Part shown: positions 13,051 through 44,560 of the stretch, in pieces | Position numbering within the stretch: position 1 is the stretch's first letter | Layout: each line of letters begins with the position of its first letter | NCBI GenBank assembly: GCA_051294375.1 | Contig: CM119264.1 | Span: 25,112,051 to 25,176,050, forward strand | Length of the DNA: 64,000 bases | DNA from: Paraspadella gotoi | Lineage: Eukaryota > Animalia > Chaetognatha | Direction of reading: 5' to 3' | The notes under the pieces: generated by a model | Database searches by the model: none | What the model was told of the DNA's origin: nothing | The model's input: only the letters and a program-made list of their open reading frames with translations | Position numbers and translations under genes: made by a program

Positions 13051-16000
13051 TAGGGAATCCGCCGCAGCCCCGAATCCTCGCCTCGATTCCATCTTGAAAG
13101 CCCGTCTGCTCGCTAGAAATCGTATAAACATAAATTGATACAAAGGGAAAATGGCTTCTTTCTGCGACACTTGCTATTTTTTTTGTATTTCTTCGCCAGA
13201 GACTTTTCCGCATGCGAAATATTAAACAAATATTATACTTTTACAAACCGTATAATAAACGAGTTTTCCAGTATCTAATTTTAATTTCATCGGTTTTTAA
13301 ATTCGAAGAACATAATTTTTCTCGTCACCGATTAAATTTTTTTTCCGGAATTTTTTAACAGGCGCTCTCCTCTCTCTATCGTCTCGCTCTCTCCTCGTCG
13401 ATCTCTCTTCCTCTTTTATTTTTTCTTTATTATGAAGAGAAATCCGGGCGTGTTGCGGAGAAAATTCATAAATTCGAAAAGCAGCTATTCTCAAAAGGCC
13501 ATGGCGGAAGGAACCGCAAACATCGAGCTCGGGCGTCGAACAAGATCCGCTGCTGGCCGTCATTGGTGGAGCTTCGCGTCGACGAAAGCGCAGAGAGCGG
13601 GGGCCAAAAAACGGGTCTCAAAGAGGAAAGGGGGGAAAGAAATTACTCCGCAGCCACGAAACAAGACCAGAGAACCTCGTCGGGTCGCGGGCGGGGGACA
13701 AGGCAAAAATCAAAGGAGGAAAGGAAGAAAAGAGAAATGCGGGGAACCGGGCGTCGTGGAACGCCGCTATACCAGGATCTCGAGCCCCCAGGAGGGATCT
13801 AAAAGCGTTCCCTACAAAACGACTCTCGCCCAAGGAGCACGGGCTAACGAAAGATGAGTCGACTAAGGTACTTTAATTTGTCCCCCTAGAAAATTCAAAA
13901 AAAGAATTCGGGTGCGGCGCATGCGCGTCTTTGAATTGAGAGCAGAGAAATATCTCGTTATTTTAACCATCGAAACTTCCCAAAAACCCTCCAGGCGTCC
14001 TTTCCTGACGTTTCTCAGAGAAGGCCGCCGAGTTCACCACCGGCCGTCCTCTCCTCTTCTCCTCCTTCGGTGAAGAACGAAAGCTCCCTCCGTCGCCGCC
14101 GGAAAAAATTTTAACGACGCTCTCTCTCTCTCTCAAGATCTCTCTCTCTCTCCTCTCTCGTCTACTCCTTCTCTCTCCTCTCTCTCTCTCTCTTTTCTCT
14201 CCTCTTCTCTCTTTTCCCGACGTCGTCGTCGAGCTTTCGGAATCCTCTCCTCTTCCCACCACCGCTCGCCATCGTCGGACAGAAATAATAAACGTCTCTC
14301 TCTCTCTCTCTCTCTCGTCTCTCTCTCTCTCCTCCTCTCTCCTCTCTCCTCTCCCCCCCAGATCTCGCCGCGATGTCGTCGTGGTCGCAGCGCGCGCAGC
14401 GAAGCCGGCTGAAAACTATCGGAACGCGCTTTTCTCCCCGCTCGAAGGGCGCTCTTTTCCCCTCGAAAAACGGCCCGCCAAGGCACGCCTTCTCTCTTTA
14501 AATTCGGATCGTGGAAGCGAAAACTTCCAACTCTGGCGATTTTTCTTTTTAAAGAATCAAAGGTTTTTCATCACCGTTCGAAAAAAAAAGAAAAAAACTA
14601 AAACTCCGATCCAAATCGAATCGAATCGAAATCGAATCAAATCTCTAACACAAAAAAAACAACAAACAAAAAAAAAAATATTCCGTTCTTTTTTTTTCGC
14701 TTAATTTATTACACTGGACGAAAACTTGTAAAAAAATAACCCCTTTCCTCCTCCCTTCTTTCTCTCGATCATTCGAAGAAAAAAAATGGTCAAGCGTTTT
14801 ACCAAAACGACGAGTACGGACCAAGCCATGCTCCGCTTTCCGTCCCCGGAAATCGGCATTTCGCCAGAGGGGATAAACAAAAACAAGACCGTTTTACGTC
14901 GCTCCTCTTCGCGTCCGCCGTCAGCGGCGACGACTTTAACTCCCGGCGCTTCGCACTTACCGGCGCCTGACTTTCCGCGCTTTACTTCCAGCCGGCCGGG
15001 GGTCGTGAGACCAGGGACGGGTGCGACAGACAATCCGCGCTCCAAGGGGAGCGGGAATTTTCTTTTTTCAAGGGAAATCCCGCCGCCAAGTCCCGCCGCA
15101 ACCAAGCGGCGGGCGAGCCGGCGTTCCTCAACTTCGCCCCAGGATCTGCGCCACATAAACCGCGGCGTTCCGCCATCGCCGAACTCAATCTCGCGAAGGG
15201 CGTTGAAGGAACTCGCGTCTCACGCTAGGATGGTCGCCCAGTCCGCCGTCTTCGAGCCAAAACTTCTACGCAAGCGGGAAGTACTACCGCCACGGGAGCG
15301 GCTTTCGGTAACGTTGAAGAAAGGGAACTGACCGGAGACGGTCACGTGGTCGTGTAAGGGAAGATACCGGAGCTTAGGGGGAGACCGAGGGGTAAAGAGA
15401 GCCGTGGTCGTCCGGTAAACGGCGGGAAGTTCGAATTCTGGACATTGAGCAGACCGAACGGTGGAAATTCGCCGTCGGGGAGCAGTCCTCGTCAAAATCC
15501 GTAATTCGGACTCCTCGTCGAAAAAGAGGGTAATTGTCGGCGACGGAGTCGACCGCGTGCTGTTCAAGCAGAAAACGTGGGGGATCTCCTTCGGCGAGTG
15601 TGCGCCGCTCAATAAACTTCGATAGAGTAATCGACTTCGCCGAAAACAACTCAGGGGGCGGGCATCTAGAAGCCGTATCGACCGAACGAGAACCGGAGAG
15701 CCTCGAACAGAACATTTACCGGTCAGCGAGCCACCCCGATATCGTTCGGTCGCCAACGAACGTGTACTGAAAGAGGGAGTTTTTACCGGCGCTTTCCGCG
15801 ACCCAGGGGTCTTCGTAACCGTAGAGTAACGGGAGAAACAGATATCCGTCCCGAAGGGTTTCCCCTCCTCAAAATAGCTCATTATTCCAAACAGAGCTCG
15901 GGACTAACTCGAGGGATCCGGGAAGGGATCCCCGTCGGGAGATAACGAATCCATTTCGGGACGGTACGCCATATCTCGTCATCCCCAAATCTCCCTCTTT

Positions 16001-17229
16001 TTCCCTCAGGGTTACGAATTTAAAAGGGCTAGAGAGAACGTCGCCTGGAAGATTCGGGCAGTCTTGCAGCTCGAGTCGAAGTCAGCAACGGCCATCGGCG
16101 CCGACAGACCAAAATCCTTTTGCGACTTTGCCGGAAATACGATCGACGGCCGCGACCCGCCGCATCCGGCGCACTTTCGATCTCAGCGCCGCCAGAGAAG
16201 GGATGCTTTTTCCCCGGCCCGTTCCAATCATGAAACTGGCACCCGAACGGGGCGTTCGCGTCACGAGAGAAGAAAGAACTTCGTCGGCGGACTCAAGCCT
16301 TCGCTTCCAAGGACCTCCTCCCCTTCCCAAAAAAAATTGACGAACAATACTTTATTCGCACCCCTCACGAATTTACCCCCACCGCACCTCTCTCTCCCCC
16401 CGCCTCCCCCCTTCCAACAAACCCTCCTGCTCTCCTCAGCTTCTCCGGTCGTTGGCTTACCTGCCGGAAGCGTACCCGCTCACCGCCTCCTCCTCTCGCC
16501 CAATCTTCGACAACGCGTCGCGGCGGGGAAGAAGAAGGAAAAAGAACGATGTTCACCCCGATCGACCGCCGCTCCCGCGAAACATCGTGCCCTGCCTCCT
16601 CCGAAGAGACGACGACAGACGACGACGACGAAGCGCGGACGCCAAAAACGTTCTTCCGCCGAAAACCGTCGCGATAAAAAAGACTTGCCTCCGCCCGCCG
16701 GTAGTCCGGCCGCGGGGCGGCGTGAGCGTTGGCTCGGGCGCTGCGGCACGGGCCGCGGGGCGGGCCGGCCGCGACATCCCCGTTCCCACCGTCCCCGTCC
16801 CCCTAACCGTTCCGTTCCCGCGAATAAGAAGTAAGAAGAGGAAGGCGGAGGAAGGAATGGAGGGAGAGCGGGAAGGAGAACAAGAGAGGAAGATGATCGT
16901 CGCGGCATCGAACTGGACTCGGCGGCGGCAGACGTACCCATTCGACACAGAGAAGATTCGTCGAGAGGGAACGCGGCGCCGAGGGCGTCAGGTCGCGACG
17001 ATGGCCGGCAAGAAGCGTCCCTTCCTTCCTCCTTTCGACGACCACGGTGAAAGATCGTCCCTCCAAACTTACGATGGGATTCGACACACTTCATCCGACC
17101 GAACGACGACGAAACAAGACGATCGATCCGCGACGACGGGCGGCGAACGACGGAGAAGGCGACGAGGAAAGAAAAGACGTCTTTTCGACTTCCCGGAGAA
17201 AGAGNNNNNNNNNNNNNNNNNNNNNNNNN

Positions 17230-18500
17230 TCGATCGGGGAGCAATGTGTCGTGTGTGGGGTGTAAAGCACGTCTCGTCTAATGTGCAGTAGCAGAGATTA
17301 ATGTTCGTCACAGCGGTTGAGAGATTCTAGGCCCTGTCCTACATCCGAATATTTCCAACACTCGTTATCAAGTTGGTCCGAAAATGGTCGTTGCTAAATG
17401 TTTAGAGCTTTACTATTATCGACGAGGGGAAAGTGTCGTTGTCGTCATGCAGGTCATCGTCATCGTTTCATCCTCTCAATTTGCTACAAGATTTTGATCA
17501 GAGTGGACTTAACAGAAACGAGAGACGTTTTCTGTTTTGTTTGTTTGTTTCGAGTTTGACGCGGTGCGAGGAAAACGTCAGAGGATATTGTTTTTGGTCG
17601 CCGCAGCAAGTGTGGACTGTGGAAGGCTGTGAAGTTGGAAGGGGAAGGCTTTCGCGGAGTTGGGACTGGCTCTCGTGTCTCTCTCTCTATGCTCCGGTCG
17701 TCTCTCACTGTGCTCATCAGGGTCATCGTACAGTCTCGTCGAAGGCTCTGTCAAAAGTCTGTCGCATAGCTACAGGAAGTCAGATCGGAAATCAAGCGGA
17801 AGTCGTAGATCAAGAGTCGTCACAGGGAAAAAAAGCTAGGGGGGTCTTCGTGCTTCTCGTCTGCCTCGTCTCTCGTCTCCTGTTTCATATAAAGTAGGCC
17901 TGGGTTTGAGGGGGGATCAGAAATCCGTCGTGAATTGCTTAAAAACGTTAGGAACGCAGAGAGAGGGGTAATAGTCGGTTGGCAGGATATTACGAAGACG
18001 GAGGAGAGTCAGTCGGTGCCGTGAGTCAAACGATATAAGTATTGGGAGAAGAGAAGGAAAAGCTGTTGTAGCAACAATATATGGCCATAGGCTCCGACTT
18101 TTTTTCAGTTCGTCATCGTCGTTATCGTCGTCGTCGTCTTTGTCGTCGTCTTTCAACGGACAGACCGTGCGACTTTCAGCGTCTGGGGAAATCTTTTTTT
18201 TTCTTTTTTCGTCCTCTCATCCTACCCCCATTTTTTTTGCTTCCTTTCTCCTTTCTTAGTTCACGAAATTCAGTCTTGTATGCCTCCATCCTATCCTATT
18301 TTGCTCCTTTCCTTCTCTCTCCCATCTAACCTCACCCATTTCCTCGTCTTTTTCCCCTTATTTTTCGTTTTCAAACTCCCACCGCCAAACAGCACCACTC
18401 CCCCTAGCTTTTTTTCCCTTTTCCTTTTCTACCTTCCCTTTTTTTCCGCTCTTCCTTGCTCCCTTTCAACCTCCTTCTCCTTCTCCCCTCCTCCAACTCC
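17230..18500 (+). repeat. Second copy of ~4320-5324 (flank of the Maverick) lacking the element
   Basis: Shared blocks, e.g. 'tttccaa..ctcgttatcaa..tggtccgaaaatg' (4430/17352) and 'tcaacggacagaccgtgcgactttcagcgtctggggaaatc' (4974/18153). Similarity continues to the C-rich tract ending 'cctcctcaatcc' (5324) versus 'cctcctccaactcc' (18500). Confidence 0.85.
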
Positions 18501-19333
18501 TCCCCTCTTCCCCTTCCCCTCCTGCCTTTCCCCTCCTCCCGCTTCCTCTCCTCCGTTTCCCCACTTCCCTCCCTCCACCTTCCCCTCCTCACCCATCCCC
18601 CTCCTCCCCCTTTCCCCTCTCACCCTTCCCCTCTTCCCCTCTCGCCTCTTACCCCTTCCCCTCTCCCCTCTTCCCCCTCTCCCACTTCAAGTGTCGCGAC
18701 ATTCGATTTTCTCAGTTTTGCTTCAAAGAATTTTTTTTTTTTTTGGCAAAAGAGACAAAAAAAAAAAACACTTTGAATTAGGGAAAACGAATGGGAAAAG
18801 AAAAAAATAAGTAAATACATACAAAGAACAACTACTACAAAGAAAAGTACTTTTTTTCTGCAAGCCTCAAAGGAAAAAAAGGAGACCTTTTAAAGTTTTT
18901 ATATCAATTAAAATTTATATTTTGAGACAGAGATCATTTAAAAGCGAGTGAATAATTCAACTCGGTATCACAATCTGTAAACGAAAAAGACAACAGTTCT
19001 CCTACCAACGACAAAAAAACCGACCGACCAATCGGCTGGAGGATTTTAAACATTCTGCCGCTGTCTTCGAAGATCATTGGGCGCCGCTTTTTTAGCGCCA
19101 ATCTTTCCTCTCCACCATGAAGTGGCGCGTTTTCATTCCGCGGCGTCAATTTCGATCCCTGGCGTCGATTCAATTCTTTGGTTTCCCGCGAGTCGATGTC
19201 TGAACACCTCTCAGATTAGTGGGCGAGCTACTTCCCGACGGGAAGAACCTTCTCGATCTTTTTTCCTTTCCATTTCCCTCTCACGAGTTTTAATCCTTGA
19301 GAATCATGCAACTTGCATCGACCAATCGACCAA

Positions 19334-37877
<18,544 letters not shown>

Positions 37878-40535
37878 CTGAGGAAAGAGAAATATATATT
37901 ATACATATATTATATATATATATGAAAATTTGCAAATTACTTGTTTCACGCTAATTTTCTAGCATTTTTCTAATTAATATTTTAATAAAATTTTTATGAA
38001 GGATTTAGCTAATTTAATCTATATTCGATCGTTAGATCAAACCATAATTTGCTTTCTTTTTTTGAAAAAATGCTTTTTAATTTATATAAGTAATCATCAA
38101 TTTGGGAANNNNNNNNNNNNNNNNNNNNNNNNNGTAAGTCCAGGTGTTGTCTTCTGCAAATTAGAGGGAGCATCCTATACAACACAAGGTTAGGATTTAA
38201 CTATCTTTCCTAAGTTTTCTAATAGAATATCACACATATGCATTTCTGTTTGACAAGTTCATTATATTGAAAAATCATAATATTCTAAGAGGACTGAACA
38301 GAAAGGGGTGGCGAATGGATAATTTTTTGAGGTGGAGCGCAGACGTTTATATATGATTTTTTTTACCAATAGGGATAAGACTACCATGTAGAATTGTATG
38401 TTCTGATAGGGCATACATACTGGTGAAAGGTTACCTTATAGGGGCACCTTTTATGCTCATTCATGAATATAATTTTAAAATACTTTAATGAAAATTTTAT
38501 ATATTTTTATATATTATATAAGGGGTTGTTTTCAAAAAAAAAAAAAATAAATAAATAAATTCAAGGTTTTTAATCTAGTTATTTCTAACTTAGTATGTAA
38601 TAGAAAAAAAATTGCCATTACTGACATTGAAATTAAAGATTAAACACATGTTGCCGGCAAAAAAAGTTTTTCACCTGGTACTGCATCCAGTCGATAAAAA
38701 AAAGACCCAAATTATTGTCCTCGTTACGAAAAAAAAAAGGTTTCTGTTCCAGTTTGAGTTTTGACTGAGACTGAGATCAAGAAACTCTTCTTTAACACGA
38801 ACGGAATTAACTCATGCGGATAGAGCTATGACCTCGATAAACTTTAACTAATAGTGCATATTTTTTTTTTAATAACTGAAGTTCACTTGATTCAGTTTTT
38901 TCATCTTGATTTAATATTTTATTTAAAGAGTCTTTAAAACGAAAAGTTTTAAGGCGTTGCGAAACCTGGTTTTAAGGAAATTTGGGAAATAGTAATGTAC
39001 GGCTTAATAATAACATGTAAGAAAATGAAACTTTAAAATGATATTGATTATTAAAAAAATCCCCCCCCAAAAAAAAAATTAAGGTCCGATGAAAAAAACC
39101 TAAAGAAGTAAAAAGCACAATAAAGACATGAGACAAATTTTCAGCCGAGCGGAACACAAAAAAGGACAAAGATTTACGAAGTAAAAAGTACAGTGAAGCG
39201 TATACAGTGGTTTCCTTTTTTTTTAACTTTTATGTTTTAATTATTTTTTTCGGTTTTGTCTCGTCGAAATCTCCAGACCAAAAACCCGCGCGTTTTTTTT
39301 TTTTTTTTTTCAAAACTTATTTCAGGAGAAGAAAGTTTCAAGCTTCAACACGAAATTCGGGGAGAATAATTGCAGCTTTAAAAAGCGTTGAGCAAATGAA
39401 CTATTTTTTGGGGAATTCAAGTTTTTTGGTTTTTTTTGGTTTTTTTTTTCCTTTCGGATTAGAATAATATGTTGTTTTTTTTTACGATAAAATAACCTAA
39501 CGTTGGCAGTTGAAGTAATACTAAATATCAGCAGCTTGTAACAATATCAATTTTCAATTAGTTACTTTTTTTAGGTCCCATTGTAAGATTTAGGTAATTG
39601 GTTGATCGTTTAGTATCGCCAAATTTTTAGGCGTGGTCCTCCCGTCCTAACCAATTCCAACGCTCAGTCTCTGACCTCATGAATTTTGAAATATCGATAG
39701 AAAGTGAGACAAGAAATTTTTTTTTTTCGCGAAGATTTAAGTAATTTATTGTATTTTAATAAGTCGCAACTGTCTTAATCGTTGAAAATTTTTAACCCGG
39801 ACCTTACCGATTAGAAAACCGGGAACGCAGAGGCTTTTTCCTCGACGTAACCGCATTAATTTTGACAACCAATTCTCTCCTCTTAATTAATATCATTTCT
39901 TTTTTTTCTTCGTTTCAAAAACGAGAAGGAAAAAAACGAGTTCTTTCGGCCGCCAATTGACAATTTCCATTTTGGGGGGGGTTAGAAATCATTTCGAGCG
40001 TAGCGCCGTGACTACTACCGTAAATAAAATATGCAAACTTTTGAGAAAACTAATTAGTTTTATAGACGTTCGAGACATTTACACGTTAAACAAACGGAAC
40101 GGAACTCTTTCGCGTGGCTGACGTTTCCAACGTCAGGCAAAAAAAAAAAAAAGTTTTTTTAGGACCTGAAATTGTTGGGTTTTAATTTTCGTGTTTAATT
40201 TTTCTTCTCGCCCCCCCCCCAAAAAAAAATAAAGAAAGAAAAAAGAAAGTTTATTCTGGAGTTGAATCGGTCACGCGAGGTCCAGGCTGGTCATGAGATA
40301 AATTCAATCAGTCATTCAGTCATTGTAGCGGGGGAAAGACCCATTTTTAAATAGTAAAAAAATGGTTTTTAGTGTAGCAATAGTTTTTGATTTTACAATT
40401 TAAGCGAGGAAAACGGTGCAAAGGGGGCAGTTTTAATTGCTCTGAAGCTTTTTTTTAATGCTGTTTGGTTCTGACTTAACTGAGTTACCTTCCAGATTTT
40501 GAAATTCACATCAACATCTTTTGACTTTTGTTATC

Positions 40536-40566
40536 GAGCCTTGACCGGCGAAGCCGGGTCAGGCTC
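40536..40566. other. GC-rich hairpin with GCGAAGC loop followed by (GTC)n; possible Helentron/HINE-type terminus
   Basis: gagccttgaccggcgaagccgggtcaggctc folds as GAGCC/GGCTC, TGACC/GGTCA, GGC/GCC around GAA. Confidence 0.45.
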
Positions 40567-41389
40567 TATAATGTTTTAGGTTGCTTCTTTGTGACGTAGT
40601 CGGTCGTCGTCGTCGTCGTCGTCGTCCGTCACGCTGTTTTTCATATATAAAAACTACTACGCTTTTATAGGTTTGGCTGTGACTTACCGTTTTTTTAAAA
40701 TTAAAAATTTATATGAATTATGAATAAAGTTTTACAAAAAGGTGCGATCATATAAGTTAAAAATTTAGATATGGCTTTTCATCTTGAAATAGCTGTGATA
40801 TTTTCATATTACATTTGGATTTAAGTATTTTTTGTTTGAATTTCCACTTCATTATGATTTACTGCAATATGCAAATGAGATTAAAGTACTCCTTATAATA
40901 TCCAAATTTAGTATATAGGAAAATGCAATATTAAGCAGTATATAATATTGAAGATAAAATTCAAAAAAATTTGTTTAAAATTTTTTAATAAAAATAGGAA
41001 CTCAAGAGGATTTTTTTAATGAGAAGCTAATATTAATTTTAAATACAAATATAAATTAAATCTTTTACAAGCTGCGATTGGAAAAAATTGGAAAAATTTC
41101 CAATTGTAAACAATTGTAACATATTTTTGCTTTCTTTTATTTCTTTAAATTATATATAGATTTTCTTTCCTATAGTTTGTCAGTTGCTGCTTTTCTGAAC
41201 CCTTAAAAAACGAGTTTAGTATGTTGCAGTGGACTGTTCAGCTGGCTTCCAGCTTTCTCTTTCTTTATGTCTCTTTGTCTCTCCTTTTCTCTTCTGGTTC
41301 TCTCTCTTTTCTTCTCTTCTCTTCTTTCTGTCTCTCTTGCTCACTCACTGTGTACGAATCGTTCGTTTTTTGAAAAAAATTCCTGATTA

Positions 41390-43200
41390 TTTTTTTCCTT
41401 CTCAAAACTTTTATTATCGCCATTTATTCCGCGCTTTTTTTTCATATCAAAATCCCAAATTTATATCTGAGATATAATTGGAAAGAAATTCGGTTTTTCT
41501 TTTTCTTTCTCTCCTCCTCTCTCTCTCTCTCTCTTCTTCTCTCTCTCTTATTATTTTTTTAAAAAATGAAGAATAAAATTATAATGATATGCATTATCAA
41601 CATAATAAATCAGCTAATGTGACCTATTATATGAGGCACTTTCGCCGACATAATATAATTGCAGTCAATGCATCACATTATAAAAAAAATTTGGTTTTTT
41701 ATTTATTATTGCCAGACTTTGGACCGGTTGGCCACTATTGGCAATTATATCTAAAATAGATGAGAAGTTGATAAGAGAGATATTCAAATATAACTATTAC
41801 TTTTTTTTGTTATTCTGATAATTTGTACTATTATTAAATTTATAAATATTTTAGTGTATATATTTAATCATTTTTAACTTTTTTTTAATAATAATTATTT
41901 GAGTTGTGATAACTTTATAATAATTAATTAATAATGCAAATTTAAATTTGACCGCGGTCTGGTTTCCTTCTAAAAAAGAACAATCTTTTCTTCTCTCTTA
42001 TCTCTCTTCTCTCTCTCTCTCTCTCTCTCTCTTCTTTCTCTCTCTTTTTTTCCTTCTAAAACTTTTATTATCGCCATTTATTCCGAGATTTTGTGATTTT
42101 TCCTTCTAAAAACTTTTATTATCGGCCATTTATTATTTTATCTCAATACAAAAATCCCAAAATACAATAACTTACTTAACCTAGATTTCGTGGTCGTTGC
42201 GGAGCAACAAGTAAACAAGTGTCGAGGAACATGACCTAATAACGCGTTACGTGTATAAAAAAAAATGCAAAACGATAGAACCCAATTTCAGTAAACGCCG
42301 GTTGCGAGCACGGAATACCGAATCAACGAGAGTGACCTAATAATGCGTCTCGTTGTGGGAAAACTCTCTCTCTCTTCTCTTTCTCACTCTGCCGGTCACC
42401 ATTTTTCTCTTCTCTCTTCTCTCTCTCTCTCTAAAGCATAGAGCTGAGCCACGCGCTGCTGGTGGGAGAGGTCAGCGTATCTTTACTTCGCTATCAGAAG
42501 ACCGCGATCGAGGTACGCGTGCAGCACGGTCTTGTATGGTTTAGTCACGATTTTATGATGACGTAATATTATATGATCGAAGTCGTGCTCGCTCTAGCCA
42601 ATCACTGGGCGTATCTGGTGATGCTTTTGATAGGCGGATGCGTTAGGGTACGCTATGGTTGGCTCACGAGACTAGGGCTGTGCGCATAGAAGTTGAATAG
42701 AGCAGATGGCTGTCTGCGAAGTCAGGATGACTGCGATTGGCAGAGAGGAGGTGTATTCGTTCAGAGCCGAAGTCGTGTTGGCGGGTATTGCGTGTCTTCT
42801 TCCGGGTACGCTCGAGCGGGTTGCACATGCACGTGAAGTGCTCGACGGGATGATCGCAAGGCTGGGCGTTAATCCAGGCGTACTGCTCAGTGCGAAGGAA
42901 GTTATCATATCTCTCTTTCAGTCCTCTTTCTCAATCTTCTCTCTCCCCTCTCTCTCTCTCTCTCTCTTTTTTTTTCCTTCTAAAAACTTTTATTATCGCC
43001 ATTTATTCCGCTCTTTTTCTCAATACAAAATCACAAATTTATACATCCGAGATTTTTCGTGGATTTTTTTTCTAAAAATTCTGATTATTCTTTATATAAA
43101 CGAGAGATGAAGACCCTAATAGAATAATGCGTTTCGTTGGCGGGAAAACTGTCCAGCCTCTCTCTTCTCTTCTCTCTCTCTCTCTCTCTTCTCTCTGCTC
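41390..43200. repeat. Local repeat cluster ('aaaacttttattatcgccatttattccg' four times; 'aataatgcgt.tcgttg..gggaaaact' twice) interleaved with (CT)n
   Basis: Motif copies at ~41404, ~42058, ~42108, ~42982 and at ~42340, ~43123. Confidence 0.7.
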
Positions 43201-43271
43201 TCGTCTCTCTCTCTCTCTCTTTCACTCATACACGCATTTGTTTGTTTTATTTACGATGAATGATTCAGCGC

Positions 43272-43486
43272 GTCAATGAATCACTATCATCGCATCAATG
43301 AATGACTATCATCGTATCAATGAATGATTATCATCATATCAATGAATGACTATCATCGCATCAATCATTTGATTATCATCACATCAGTCATTTTGTTATC
43401 ATCCGCATCAATTATTTGGTTATCAACGCGTCAATATGTAGTTGTTATCATCGCATCAATATCTTGTTATCACTCGGGCATCAATA
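43272..43486. repeat. 22-24-bp minisatellite (atcaatgaatgactatcatcgc), ~9 copies decaying to the right
   Basis: Tandem units directly visible. Confidence 0.85.
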
Positions 43487-43668
43487 TTGGTTAACGTATC
43501 GAACGGCTCGATCTTTATGCTTTTAAGATTTTTTTTTTCTGTTTTCGTTACTATGACGACCTCGCGTACTGGATATGATTGCAATAGTTTGTGATGAAGA
43601 AGATCGAAGATGATGATATGATGATGTTGATTATGATAACGAATAAACAAAGATGATGATTATGATGA

Positions 43669-43702
<34 letters not shown>

Positions 43703-44560
43703 AATGAAGATGATGATAATGAAGATGATGACGATGATGACGATGAACCTGGTGATGATGATGATCTAGACGATGATGACGATGATATACTGTTGAGATG
43801 AATATTAAAATTAACGACGGCGTTAACAATGACGACGACGAAGGTGATGATCGTAACATTGTTGATAATGATGACGGCGACGACCACATCGACGATATCG
43901 ACGACGAACGACGACGACGACGACGACGACGAAGATCCGACTCCCGCTCATCGCGAAAGAAGAGAAATAATGAGCAACAACAACAACAACAACAGAAATT
44001 GAAACAATGATCCTCATTTTTGAGACTCGAAATTCTTGGGGCCGAAAAAAAAAAGATTCGACTGCGCGTGGGTCGATTTCACGTGAAAATAAAACAATAA
44101 AAAGTCAATTTTTAGTCTTTTTGTTTCAATGTTTTTTTTTACGTTTGAGACGGTCGAACTGCGCTCTTTTTTTTTAAAAGAGGCAACTCAATTACAACAA
44201 ACATAGATTTTTTTCCGAAACTCTATTTAATCAAGATTGAAAAAAAAGAAAAAGGATGATATATGTATCATGACAGAATATCGTAATCAATATATTTGAT
44301 ATATATGATAAAAAAAATATAGGTTGTACGTTTGATCGAGCATTGCACTCATCCAAGGCCAGTGAAGCCAAGGAACCCATTTTATATAATGATGTTATTT
44401 GAAATTGAAAGTATGACATCAACAAAAAAAATTGTATCGTTAAATATCAAGACATTCCTATCGTTTAGATATGTCAGTACCTCCTCATAAATCAATGTAA
44501 CAATGTAAGAACGACCTTGAAAACCTTAAATTAGTTCCTAAAAAATTAACGGAAGCGAAA

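Larger units (their letters stand above)
5325..17204 (+). mobile_element. Maverick/Polinton (polintovirus-like) element, frameshifted, right end not assembled
   Basis: Begins with AGTAGT (5325-5330), the typical Polinton terminus, exactly where similarity to the duplicated flank at ~17230-18500 stops. Motif remnants occur in order on the + strand: pPolB, packaging ATPase, integrase, minor capsid, major capsid, probable protease. Runs into the N-gap at 17205; no right TIR found, so the right boundary is uncertain. Confidence 0.85.

Noticed and set aside
13432-13857. 141-aa Lys/Arg-rich ORF after the protease
   Set aside because: No recognisable motif; the composition follows from A/G-rich, error-prone sequence.
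17690-18090. ~400-bp sequence present only in the second flank copy
   Set aside because: Replaces a (CT)n tract, has no termini or ORF and looks like low-quality read sequence.
42432-42910. GC-balanced island and ORF 42706-43110 as a possible horizontally acquired gene
   Set aside because: No motif, splice sites or element termini; sits between (CT)n tracts and resembles read noise.
43551-44017. His-rich, Ser-rich and Asp-rich ORFs
   Set aside because: Translations of (GAT)n, (GAC)n and (CAA)n microsatellites.
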